Positions 9,125 through 19,141 are shown, numbered from the stretch's first letter. The stretch: 64,000 bases of DNA from an uncultured Acidobacteriaceae bacterium (GCA_963795875.1 CAWCJM010000003.1:662574-726573), one strand, 5' to 3'. Notes: generated by a model not told the origin, from the sequence alone. Translations and numbers: made by a program.

Positions 9125-10572
9125 TCGCGTTTCCTCAGAATGGAGATCCAATGGCCTCGACTTCGTTTTCTCAAACAAATATTCAGCCTCGACAAGGAGT
9201 AGTCACACTTTTTGGATACGGGACGAGCGTGCGCGTCGATCGAGGACACTTGGTCCTCGAAGATGGAATTGCAAACAATCGTCATCAGGGGCGTTTCCCG
9301 AGAGTTGGACACGGTCTTCGACGGGTTGTCGTCATTGGCGCAGACGGGATGGTTTCGCTCGCTGCTCTCCGTTGGTTAGCGGACCAAGACGCAAGCTTTG
9401 TGATGCTTGATCGGGATGGCTCAATGCTGGCGACAACGGGCCCGGTTCGATCTTGGGATTCCAAACTTCGGCGTTCTCAAAGTCTTTCAATTTAAAATGG
9501 TGCAGGTCTGCGGATCGCGCGGGATTTGATCAGCAAGAAGCTTTCCGGACAAGAACAAGTCTCACGCAACAAGCTTCTGGATTCCTCAACTGCCGACAAA
9601 ATCGCTCGTTACAAATTCGAACTGCCTCATGCTGACTCCATTTTTACAATTCGGTTGATTGAGTCGCAAGCTGCACGCGCCTATTGGTCTGCGTGGAGCA
9701 CGTTGCCAGTGAATTTCCCGAAGAGCGACTTACCACGAGTTCCCGATCATTGGCGCAGCTTTGGAGCACGTGTTTCTCCCCTTACCGGATCGCCTCGACT
9801 TGCCGCCAATCCAGCCAATGCAATACTGAACTATCTTTATTGCGTTCTAGAATCTGAATACCGGTTAGCGGCTACTGCGCTGGGGCTGGACCCTGGTTTA
9901 GGTGTCCTGCACGTCGATACTCCATCTCGGGACAGTATGGCGTGCGACGTAGTGGAGCCGGTTCGCTCTGCCGTAGATTCGTATGTTCTCGATTGGATCA
10001 CCCGACAGCCATTAAAGCGTGAATGGTTTTTCGAACAGCGGGACGGCAATTGTCGATTGATGGCTCCGTTCGCCGTCCGTCTGTCTGAAACAGCGACGAC
10101 TTGGAGACGAGCGGTCGCTCCGGTGGCGGAATGGATAATGAAACAATTCTGGTCGACGACGCAGAAGCGAACGCAGACTCCCCAAGCACCTACGCACTTG
10201 ACTCAGGCACACCGACGCGCAGCTAAGGGTACTTCATCTGAAACAAGCATGCGCGCAGCACAGCAGAGCGATAACCTCTGTCCAGGATGTGGAAAAACAA
10301 TTCGGAGTAACAGCAGGACCTGTGTCCAATGCGGCATCCCGACCTCGACGAAGAACATGTTGAGTGCAGCCCGAGTCGGACGTTTGACGGCAAATGGACC
10401 CGAGGCCCAAGCTAAGCGAGCGACAAAAGCTCGGACGAACACACTAGCAAAACATTCGTGGAAGGATTCCGATCAACCAGCTTGGCTAACACCTGAATTG
10501 TTAGCGGGAACAATCCAGCCTTTGCTGGCTAGCGTTTCGATGTCAGCCATCCGATTGACACTTGGAGTTTGA
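9121..10572 (+). CDS. cas1: Cas1-family integrase (casposase-like) with C-terminal Zn-ribbon and HTH. Disrupted by one frameshift near 9490 and two in-frame stops (10570, 10579); homology continues to about 10650.
   Basis: N-terminal domain: GHLVLEDG...LRRVVVIGADGMVSLAALRWLADQDASFVMLDRDGS. Catalytic domain: ANPANAILNYLYCVLESEYRLAATALGLDPGLGVLHVDTPSRDSMACDVVEPVRSAVDSYVLDWI (E, H and D/E residues present). Zn-ribbon CPGCGKTIRSNSRTCVQCG. After GV-TGA-NW-TAA the same frame reads GSKIRQGYRPHPRHWQNCAALVG. Confidence 0.85.
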
Positions 10573-10675
10573 AACTGGTAAGGAAGCAAGATTCGACAAG
10601 GGTATCGCCCACACCCGAGGCACTGGCAGAACTGCGCTGCACTTGTTGGGAACGCTTCTGGTGCAGTCCCAGCTT

Positions 10676-11600
10676 CTAATCGCGGTTTCCCGATTTCACA
10701 ATCCAGGTCCAAACGACTACGACGGTGGAGGCAGCGACAATAAGTTCCGCCCAAGTGAAGGAAACGTAATCGCCAAACACCCCGACCGGAGGCACGCCTG
10801 GCTCCACATTGCGCAGGGCCGGCAAGCCAAAGATGAGAGACACCGACAATGAGAGCGGCAACAAGGTGGATTGCCCCTTGACTGCCGTCGCCGCAGAACC
10901 ATGGCGAGCAGGCTCAGCGCCAGGCACATCATAGTGAGCATCACGACAATCGTGACACCTATCACATTGTCGGCTCGTCTTATGGACAGGTCGATTCCGG
11001 TGACTTCGTGGCTCTGGGCCCTTGAAATTTGCCCACGGAACTTGACTCCCGGGATGGACGCTGTCAGATCAATAGAAATGGGAACGTGATCTTGCTCCAA
11101 CGCTGCCGGGTCGATCGCGAGATTGGGGATCGAGGGCGCGGTCAGTGCATGTGATGAGGGCGGAGGAGCCGATCAAGTAGTCCGGACGCAGTTAGCAGGA
11201 AGCCCAAGGTCGTCTGATGACGGTCAAAGGGGTATCGATTCGTATCTCCGTCAAGGGAAAATTCCGCCTCAAAAGGTCTCATAATTTCTCCGACGGGAAA
11301 ATCGATCTCCTGAGACCCCTGAGAAGCGTTGAGAAACAACTTCAAATTACGTGCCGGAGTTACTCCATCCTTTGTAAGATTTCCGACTGGCCGAAGGCGT
11401 ATCTGTACTCTGAGTTCTGAACGGTTCAGATTCGCTTCCATCACTCTGATACTCACACCGACACGGTCTCCGTCTTTCGCCTCCCGAAGGCGCAAAGAGC
11501 GCCTTTCGCTTTCATGTAGATTGAAAATCAGGATCGCAACGTAAAGAAAACCAACTAACGGCATGATCAAGATTCGAAATCTTGACCCTGGAATGTGCAT
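10676..11600 (-). CDS. Membrane protein (DUF4436-like, from memory), split by about 2 frameshifts
   Basis: ORFs 11142-11600, 10717-11100 and 10676-10927 join into one protein. N-terminal TM ILIMPLVGFLYVAILIF, then ...NRYPFDRHQTTLGFLL, and C-terminal TM segments. Confidence 0.45.
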
Positions 11601-11924
11601 ATTGAACCCCGCGCGGGCTCAGGCGGCTATGGTTGGGCATCCTATGAAGTTCAGGGATTGTTTCCTACTGGCACAAGTGACAGGGGCGAGTCTTCGGAAA
11701 AACATCTATTGATCTGGCCATGCCTCCCCACGCAGACGATTTCCGCGGACGACTGGCAATTCTGTCAGTTGTCGGGTTCGACAGCGCGCGATATTTTCGC
11801 GCACAAGCGGAATCATCTTTCGGTGATGGGGAAAAACAATGAGCGCCGACGACAGAGCGGTCAAGCATGATTCACAAACAAACAAATCAAAGGCCCAAAC
11901 CGGCGCGCCGGCAGGGCCGCGTCC

Positions 11925-14253
11925 ATGGACCGTACCGTGCTGCCCGTTCCCGAGCCTCAGTATCCGCCGATCACCGAGCTTGATGTGCACAATGCGCAAG
12001 CCCCGCCACGGTTCCAGGTGAAAGCGCCGAAAGGCGCGCCCAACGTGGTGGTCATCCTTCTCGACAACTTCGGCTTCGGCGATGGATCGACGTTCGGGGG
12101 ACCAATCCAGATGCCGACGCTGGACCGATTAGCCGAGACCGGGCTGCGCTACAACAATTTCAAAGTCCCTCCGTTGTGTTCGCCCAGCCGCGTGGCTTGC
12201 CTTACCGGCCGCAATAGCCATAGCGCAAACTTCGGCGTGATCTCGGAAATTGCCACTGCTTTTCCGGGATACACCGCGATGCGTCCCGCCAGCGTTACGA
12301 TGCTGCCCGAGATCTTGCGGCTGAACGGCTATAACACCGCCATGTTCGGCAAATGTCACGAGCTGGGCCCTTGGGAAGCCAGCGTTGTCGGACCGTTCGA
12401 CCGCTGGCCGATGAATAGCGGGTTTGAGAGGTTCTACGGCTTCATGGCTGGCGAGGCTGACCTGTTTCATCCGGTCATTTACGACAACATGAACAGGGTG
12501 GATATGCATCCCGAGCCCCGGTTACTACGCCAGCTCTGACATCACAGACAAGGCCATCGAATGGGTGCGATCCCAGCATTCACTGGTCCCCGACAAGCCA
12601 TTTTTCGTCTACTACTCCGCCATTGGCACTCACGGCCCGTTCCAAGTGCCCGAGAACGTGGCGCGACCGGTACAAGGGCAAGTTTGACCGCGGATGGGAC
12701 CAAGTGCGAAAGGAAACGCTGGCCCGCCAACTCGAAATGGGAGTCGTGCCGCCGGGCACGGAGCTCGCCCCCAAGCCGCCTGGGATTCAGGAATGGGAGG
12801 ACTTGACGGCCGATGAGAAAAAGGTCTTTGCCAGGTACATGGAAATCTATGCCGCCTTTGGCGAGGTGACCGACTACGAAATCGGGCGGTTCTGGACGCG
12901 ATCGAGAACCTGGACCTGATGGATAACACGCTGATCTTCTACATTACCGGCGACAATGGCTCGGTTTTCCAGGGCGGCCCCATCGGCGCGTTCAATGAGC
13001 TATCTGTGTTCAACGGACTGCCAGAACCGCTTGAGGTGGCGCTGAAAAACCTCGACAAGTTCGGCGGACCCCAATCCCACATTTTGTATCCCAATGGTTG
13101 GGCTTTCGCCGGCGCCACGCCTTTTGCCTGGGGCCACCAGGTGGCCTCCTACGGCGGCATCTGCCAACCAATTGTGATCCATTGGCCGAAAGGCATCAAG
13201 GAGAAGGGCGGCCTGCGCACGCAGTGGTACCACATGATTGACATCGTCCCAACGGTGTTGGAGGCAGTTGGGGTGCCCCAGCCAGATGTCGTCTATGGCG
13301 TCAAGCAGAAACCTATCGAAGGCGTGAGCATGCTCGATACTCTTAATAACGCCCAGGCCAAGTCGCGCCACACCACGCAATACTTCGAGATGGCAGGCAA
13401 CCGTGGCATCTACCAGGACGGCTGGTTCGCCACCACGGTGCACCGTCCGCCATGGGAGGCTAAGGCGCGGGCTACATTTGAAAACGACAAGTGGGAGCTT
13501 TACGACGTGGAGAAAGATTTCAGTTGCGCGCATGACCTTGCCGCCAAGTATCCCGACAAGCTTGAAAAGCTGAAAAAAGTTTTCCTGGAGGAGGCCGTAA
13601 AGTACAACGTGCTTCCGCTCGACGACCGCGCCTGGGAGCGCTTCAACGCCGCCTTGGCGGGCCGTCCGGATCTGATGGAAGGTCGCACCGAGATGACGGT
13701 CTATGAAGGAATGAAAGGAATACCCGAGAATGGGTTCATCAACGTCAAGAACCGCTCCTTTGTGCTTGCGGCCGATATCGAAATTCCTAAGGCGGGCGCT
13801 GAAGGCGTGGTCATCGCCCAGGGCGGGGAAATGGGCGGCTGGAGTCTCTATGTGAAGGACGGCGCACCCAGGTTTGCCTACAACTTTCTCGGTCGCGAGA
13901 CCTACAAGATCGTTGGCCCCGCTCCCCTCCCGGCCGGGAAGGTGATACTCCGCTTCGAGTTTGCCTACGATGGTGGTAGGCCCGGCGCGGGAGGCAACGG
14001 TTCGCTTTTCGTCAACGGCGAAAAGGTCGCCACGGGGCGGATCGAGCACACTCATCCGAACGCGTTTGGCGCGGAAACAACGGACGTCGGCGAAAACCTC
14101 TATACCGCCGTCAGCGACGACTACAAGGTGGGCGATAACAAGTTCACCGGCAAGATTAACAAGGTGACCATCCAGGTCGGCAAATCCAACCTCAGCGAGG
14201 AGGCACAGAATGCTATCCAAGAAATGCGTGGAAGGAGAGCGATGGCCGGCTAA
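11925..14253 (+). CDS. Arylsulfatase (formylglycine-dependent), at least 3 apparent frameshifts
   Basis: APNVVVILLDNFGFGD, sulfatase CxPxR motif PLCSPSRVACLTGR, and a downstream large C-terminal domain. Pieces 11925-12539, about 12540-12690, 12623-12919 and 12919-14253. Confidence 0.85.
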
Positions 14254-14264
14254 TTGTACCCGTG

Positions 14265-14295
14265 AGGAACGCTTCGTCCGCGGGCTAGCGTTCCT
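14265..14295 (+). terminator. Perfect 9-bp hairpin just downstream of the sulfatase
   Basis: aggaacgct (14265-14273), 13-nt loop, agcgttcct (14287-14295). No clear T-run. Confidence 0.35.
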
Positions 14296-14386
14296 GTGAG
14301 AGTGCCGCTAGCGTTTACGGCAAGCGGGTGTCTTGAGTACGGCTATCGCTGGGAAAGTCTGTTCGACATGTTTGGAGGACAGAAAC

Positions 14387-14696
14387 ATGAAATATGCATT
14401 GATTACAGGGTTGATGTTGTTAGCGACATCGCCTTACGGGAGCGCCCAACAAAGCGAGTATCCGATGATGGAGAAGGTCGCTCAAAAAGTCATCGAGAAA
14501 TACCAGAAGTCCAGTTGCGAAGATCTGAAAGCCGAGAAAGCGCAACCGCCAAAAGCGCCAAACCCCCAGCAGGCCGCGATGAAGCAGAAAGCTGTCGCAG
14601 CCCTGAAGAACGAATCCGAAGATGCGCGAGCAGTTCCTTAACAAAATCGCAGGGCCCATTGCCAACAAAATGTTCGAATGCGGCGTGGTTCCCTGA
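14387..14696 (+). CDS. Small secreted protein, one frameshift near 14620
   Basis: Signal peptide MKYALITGLMLLATSPYGSAQQ. The C-terminus in a shifted frame reads MREQFLNKIAGPIANKMFECGVVP*. Confidence 0.45.
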
Positions 14697-14861
14697 TCAC
14701 CGAATTACGGCGTGAACAGGAACATCGCAAGAACCTGAAGAACTGCCAAAAACAAACGTCAAGTTTCTTGATAAAACCAGCGTTCTCTAAGCTCGCGGCA
14801 CATAAACAAAGAAGCAATGACAAGACTTGCGTGGAACACACTATCCTCAAAGGAGAACTCT

Positions 14862-15290
14862 ATGAGGCAAAACCATCTCACGATCGACTTCCCGATTAAA
14901 TCGCCTTCCAACGTGAAGGCGCTGACCGAAGAGCTGCCCTCGTTGATGCCCGATTTCGCGAAAACGCAGGATAGCCTCGGTACCGTGCATTTCTCCCGTT
15001 TCGCGGTCCACGGCGACGAGAAGCTTCTCTTCCTTGCGGACGTTGACGGCGAGGTAAATAAATATTGAACGACTCGTGGAGAATGCAGGAGCCGTTTTGA
15101 AGCCATCTTCAAACACTGGAAAACCCTCCGGTTACGCCCGTGGCGAGTAACTCAGCGGCGGCCATTGAAATGGCTGAAGAATCATAACCACCGGCCTATC
15201 ACGCCGTATAGCGCTTTCGAGGACACTTCGTTAAGGACATCAGGGCGGCCGCGTGCGGCGGGCTTTACGGGCAACACCCACAGAGCACTT
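14862..15290 (+). pseudogene. Small conserved protein usually found next to DyP-like peroxidases (family from memory); multiple frameshifts
   Basis: MRQNHLTIDFPIKSPSNVKALTEELPSLMPDFAKTQDSLGTVHFSRFAVHGDEKLLFLADVDGEVNKY, then shifted frames IERLVENAGAV..., ...NPPVTPVASNSAAAIE..., ...LKNHNHRPITPYSAFEDTS. Confidence 0.35.
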
Positions 15291-15319
15291 GGCTGATCTG
15301 CGCCCGCCATTCAAGTTCA

Positions 15320-17290
15320 GGTATTTAAAGCCTTTATCTTGGAGAAGGTGGTCTTGAAGGCTATAGAGGGCAAGGGTAGGAAAGGTGGATTTATTAGGGA
15401 CGCTGCACTACGACTGCTCCGTGCCTTTCAAGCGCCGCTTTTGGAATTATCACAATCTACGACGGTTCTTTCGCGCGATACATCCAAAGATTCGCAGATC
15501 AACTCGGCACGCGTTCAATGTCTGGTTTCAATTTATTAGTGGGGCGCCTCCGAGCCAGTAGCGAAGGCCCGCCCAGGCGTTCCTTACATGGGCAGATGAA
15601 AACGACCGCCCGGCCATCGGGTTTTGCAGCGCCTATCAAGCCCCTCGGGGTTGGATTCTGGGGCAGCCTGGCCGATCGCAAGACACAGGACAGCGCTGCA
15701 TAGCAGTTGTCACATTGGTCACCAAACCAGGACCAATAGGGGAGCCGTGTGACGACGGGGAACACACCACATACGGCACCGGCGAAGGACGGCGTTGGGT
15801 ACCGGCCGTTCTTGGTCGCGGGCGGCACGAAGCCCCAGAGACGGATGGCCACTGGGAGGCAAGGGAAAGTCGGCGCTCGCCCTCGCGGACATCGGCTTTA
15901 TTCTCCGCGCTTACAAGAATGCCGACGCTGCGACACTTCTTATTGACGGTAGTAAATCCTGCACAGGCGCGCCGGCAACTTGGACGGCTGGTATGCGGCG
16001 ACGAATCTGACGTCCCGCAAATCACTACTGCCGAGGATTGGCACGTGGGGTTCGGGCCCGGACCGGGAGACGATCCGACGGATGTACCCGCGTCGCAAGC
16101 CCGATCTGCCTCAACATCGGTATCACGTGGCCCGGACTGGTTGCGCTGGAGATAAAAGAACGTGTCCCAACGCTATCCTTCAAGTCATTTGGTGCATTCA
16201 TCGAAGGAGCCGCGCAACGAGCCGAGTTAGTCGGGGACACGGGGGCAGACTGGCCGGAACTCGATTGGCGGTTTTGGAAAAGGACACGACCACGTGATGG
16301 TGACGCTCACCATGGCCGGAAGCGGATCGACTACACCGACAGATTGTGTCGCTGGTTCGCCGAAGGAAATGCCTTTCAAGAATGACACCGAGCGGGATGG
16401 CGTTAATGGAGATGCAAAATGGCCAACCCGTTTTTACCGGCGAAGATCCGCTTTGGTAATACCGACGGCGTGGGTTCCGCCCACAATTCGCGGCGGACCG
16501 GAAATTTATCATCCTGATCATCAGCAGCCGTGCGGCGTTGCTTTTGGTTTTACGGGAAGACGTCAATTACATGTTTACCGGAACCGCGAACACTTGGTCT
16601 AAACGGCAGCTTTGCAGTTTTCAAGAAAGCTCGAGACTGATGTCATTCCATTGAAAGGTTTCTGCAGTCGAACAAGAACAAAATAGATCCTGAACTGCTC
16701 GCCGCAAAGATGTGCGGGCGATGGCGCAACGGTGTTCCTCTTGCCTTGTCGCCGGACACGGATCACCCACGGGAGGTATTTAGCCCCCGCAGTTGAACAA
16801 TTTCGAATACGTGAATCCCGACGGGTCGGGGCAATCCGAAGGGAATTCGCTGTCCTGTTGGAGCTCACGGTAGGCACACTCAATCCCGCGAGGTCAGCGA
16901 GTTGCCAGGGGCTACCCGGAGGTAGCAATAATTCTCACCGGCTGATTCGTCGCGGTCTGCCTTACGGACCGACCTATGCATCCCAAGCAACCTTTCGCGG
17001 TCACTGACGTCGGGTGCTTCTTCTTATTAACTCTAATATCGAAAACCAATATGAGTTTGTACTGCGACGTTGGGTAAATGACAGCGAATTCGCTGGAGCC
17101 GTCAGGCTGAACCCAAAGTCCAAAGATCCCCTAATGGGCACCCAGGATCCAGCGGAAAGCATTTTCGTGATACCGCAGGCAAATGGGGAGCCGCCGGTCG
17201 AGGTGACAGGTCTGTCAAGCTTCGCTACCACCAAAGCCGCTGCCTACGTTTTTCTGCCGAGCATCACAGCTATCAAATTGATCGCTAACT
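15320..17290 (+). pseudogene. DyP-type peroxidase-like gene, heavily fragmented (many frame changes and stops); boundaries approximate
   Basis: Fragments CLNIGITWPGLVALEIKERVPTLSFKSFGAFIEGAAQRAELVGDTG and the C-terminal block LLLINSNIENQYEFVLRRWVNDSEFAGAVRLNPKSKDPLMG...AAAYVFLPSITAIKLIA, typical of the DyP family C-terminus. Confidence 0.5.
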
Positions 17291-17373
17291 CGGAAAACGA
17301 GATTAAGAGAGAGAAAAGAGTTAAAAGAGAAGTGGACTTAAAAACGAAGAACCGAGAAGGGATGGAGAACTCA

Positions 17374-17715
17374 ATGAAAAGAATGTCGCAGAAAGCATTG
17401 CTGGTCATAACCTTGCTATCGTTGGCGATTAGCCTAGGGCTGCCCCCCAGAGCGGCATCACAGAATCAAGGAACAGCTAATCAAGACAAAGCTAAGGCTT
17501 GTAACGCTCAAGCCGACAGTAAGAGTCTAGAGGAAGATGAACGCAAGACGTTCGTGCAGGATTGCCTCAGCAAAGCCGGTGTTCAGCAGCCCAGCGAGAT
17601 GAGTCAGAAGGACAAGATGAATGCCTGCAAGGAGATCGCTGACAAGAAGAACCTCACGGGAAGCGACCGCAAGTCGTTCATCAAGGACTGCATGAATAAA
17701 GCTAACCCAAAATAA
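17374..17715 (+). CDS. PsiF-repeat secreted protein
   Basis: Signal peptide MKRMSQKALLVITLLSLAISLG, then two repeats of the type K..CN/K..A..K.L.G..RK.F..DC (KAKACNAQADSKSLEEDERKTFVQDCL; KMNACKEIADKKNLTGSDRKSFIKDCM). Confidence 0.65.
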   Translation: MKRMSQKALLVITLLSLAISLGLPPRAASQNQGTANQDKAKACNAQADSKSLEEDERKTFVQDCLSKAGVQQPSEMSQKDKMNACKEIADKKNLTGSDRKSFIKDCMNKANPK

Positions 17716-18057
17716 CAGGCGCAGTTCTATGGCAATCCCGTATGCCCTCCCGGAACGGCATCTTGGGCGTCCGGAGTGCCTGTAAATGTGGCGAGTACAT
17801 TGGACGTTCGCCGCCTTTATTCCGCAGGGTTGAAGCCTTGTCACAACAGTTATCGTTCGGGACCAACTGTGAGAAAAATACCACTTCCATAACCTTAAGT
17901 TTACCCCTACTTGCGAAATGAGCCTAGGGCGAGGAATGGCACAATAACGGCTTACTCCCGGAGGATGTAATGTAATCGCGAATCAAACTTCTGTATTCTT
18001 TGTACTGATCGTCATTGGATTCATGTCGCCACTTTTGGCCAACAAAAGGGGCAGTGG

Positions 18058-18981
18058 GTGCCGGGACAGTTTGGTCTCAATGCGGGTGTGATTCCAGACC
18101 CCGGAGTAACATATGCCAACTTGGCAGTGAATTACTCCGCGGGTCAATTGAATGACTCCAATGGGAACAACATTCTTCAGAATGTTACGGGGAATTACTC
18201 CTTCTGGGTAGACGAAAACATCTTTTATTATGTCCCGAACCACAAGGTGCTGGGCGGCTATTTCATGCCCTATGTCGCGCTAAGTTATGCAAACGGGGAG
18301 TTGGTGGCGAATATCACCGGCACGAATCTCAACAGCGGCGGAGGTGGGTCGGGTTTTGCCGACCTGTTTGTCGAGCCGTTGCTTTTTGGCTGGCATTTCG
18401 GCAAACGAGTCGACTTTAATGCCGGATACGGATTCGTTGCTCCAACCGGCCGCTACACTGCGGGAGCGAGCGATAACGTGGGTTCCGGATATTGGGGGAA
18501 CAATATCACGTCAGGCACCACCCTCTATATCACCAAGAACCAGGGGACCACCGCAAACCTTGCCACCAACTGGGAAATCCACGGCCAAAAGAGCGTGGCC
18601 AACGTGCTGAGCGGTCAAAATAGCAAAATCACCCCCGGCCAGGCTTTCACCGCTGAGTGGGGAATTGGCCAGGTTCTTCCCTTGAAGAAGAATATGAGCC
18701 AACTGGCCCAACTTGGATTAGTTGGATATGACCAATGGCAGGTTTCGGCTAACGGCGGCAATTACTTGGTAGCCGGAATACCCGTTGCGGCGAGCAGGGT
18801 ACCGTACTACTCAGTTCACGGAATCGGTTTCCAGGCCAATTACATTCTGCCTGCGAAGAATCTGGTAGCCTTCTTCAAGTACTACGATGAGTATTCAGCG
18901 AAAGCTCGTCCGAAAGGACGCACGATCGTGTTCGGATTTTCATGGACGCTGAAGATTCCGAAATCGACGCCAGCAAAGTAA
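18058..18981 (+). CDS. Outer-membrane beta-barrel channel of the MetA-pathway/phenol-degradation-like family; the N-terminus with signal peptide probably lies upstream, frameshifted
   Basis: Alternating beta-strand pattern, aromatic-rich, with terminal ...TIVFGFSWTLKI. Family assignment is from memory of the Phenol_MetA_deg-like family. Confidence 0.55.
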   Translation: MPGQFGLNAGVIPDPGVTYANLAVNYSAGQLNDSNGNNILQNVTGNYSFWVDENIFYYVPNHKVLGGYFMPYVALSYANGELVANITGTNLNSGGGGSGFADLFVEPLLFGWHFGKRVDFNAGYGFVAPTGRYTAGASDNVGSGYWGNNITSGTTLYITKNQGTTANLATNWEIHGQKSVANVLSGQNSKITPGQAFTAEWGIGQVLPLKKNMSQLAQLGLVGYDQWQVSANGGNYLVAGIPVAASRVPYYSVHGIGFQANYILPAKNLVAFFKYYDEYSAKARPKGRTIVFGFSWTLKIPKSTPAK

Positions 18982-19096
18982 GCATCTTCGCTTGGACAGG
19001 CGCGCCGTCGGTTAATTGAAGCTCTGCAGTGTAAGGAACGTGGTGAAGCGTCCTCGGCTTGCAATCGATTCCTTTATTTCGCAGCCCAAGACGGGG

Positions 19097-19127
19097 GTGC
19101 ATATTGATCCCGTCCTGTTCTCACCCC
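19097..19127 (-). repeat. Right terminal inverted repeat (arm A') matching 3614-3645
   Basis: 'gtgcatattgatcccgtcctgttctcacccc' is the reverse complement of the left TIR except for 1 substitution and a 1-nt indel. Confidence 0.7.
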
Positions 19128-19141
19128 GTCAAACGGGGAGA
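19128..19141 (+). repeat. 14-nt direct repeat copy 2 'gtcaaacggggaga'
   Basis: Identical to 3600-3613 and 21592-21605. Lies immediately outside arm A' and immediately before arm B. Confidence 0.7.

Larger units (their letters stand above)
3614..19127. mobile_element. Casposon-like self-synthesizing element as delimited by the best TIR pair (about 15.5 kb). The transposition core is 3.6-10.7 kb. The 10.7-19.1 kb portion may be cargo, or host DNA if the true right end is decayed.
   Basis: Solo cas1, family-B polymerase, HNH and HTH genes. TIR pair 3614-3645 / 19097-19127 flanked by a 14-nt direct repeat. Visibly lower GC than flanking valS. No recombinase or phage genes. The right boundary is uncertain; see the partial TIR-like 16-mer at 11595. 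Confidence 0.5.

Noticed and set aside
10637-10666. Hairpin ctgcac...gtgcag between convergent cas1 and the membrane-protein gene as a bidirectional terminator
   Set aside because: The stem is only 6 bp with an 18-nt loop and no T-run. It also lies inside the region where Cas1 homology continues past the in-frame stops.
13000-14220. 406-aa antisense ORF opposite the sulfatase, and similar long antisense ORFs (for example 1480-2355, 35533-36348, 35916-36638, 44035-44889, 46807-47571, 60989-61603)
   Set aside because: These are typical high-GC shadow ORFs. The opposite strand encodes proteins with clear conserved motifs, whereas these have Arg/Gly/His-rich compositions without motifs.
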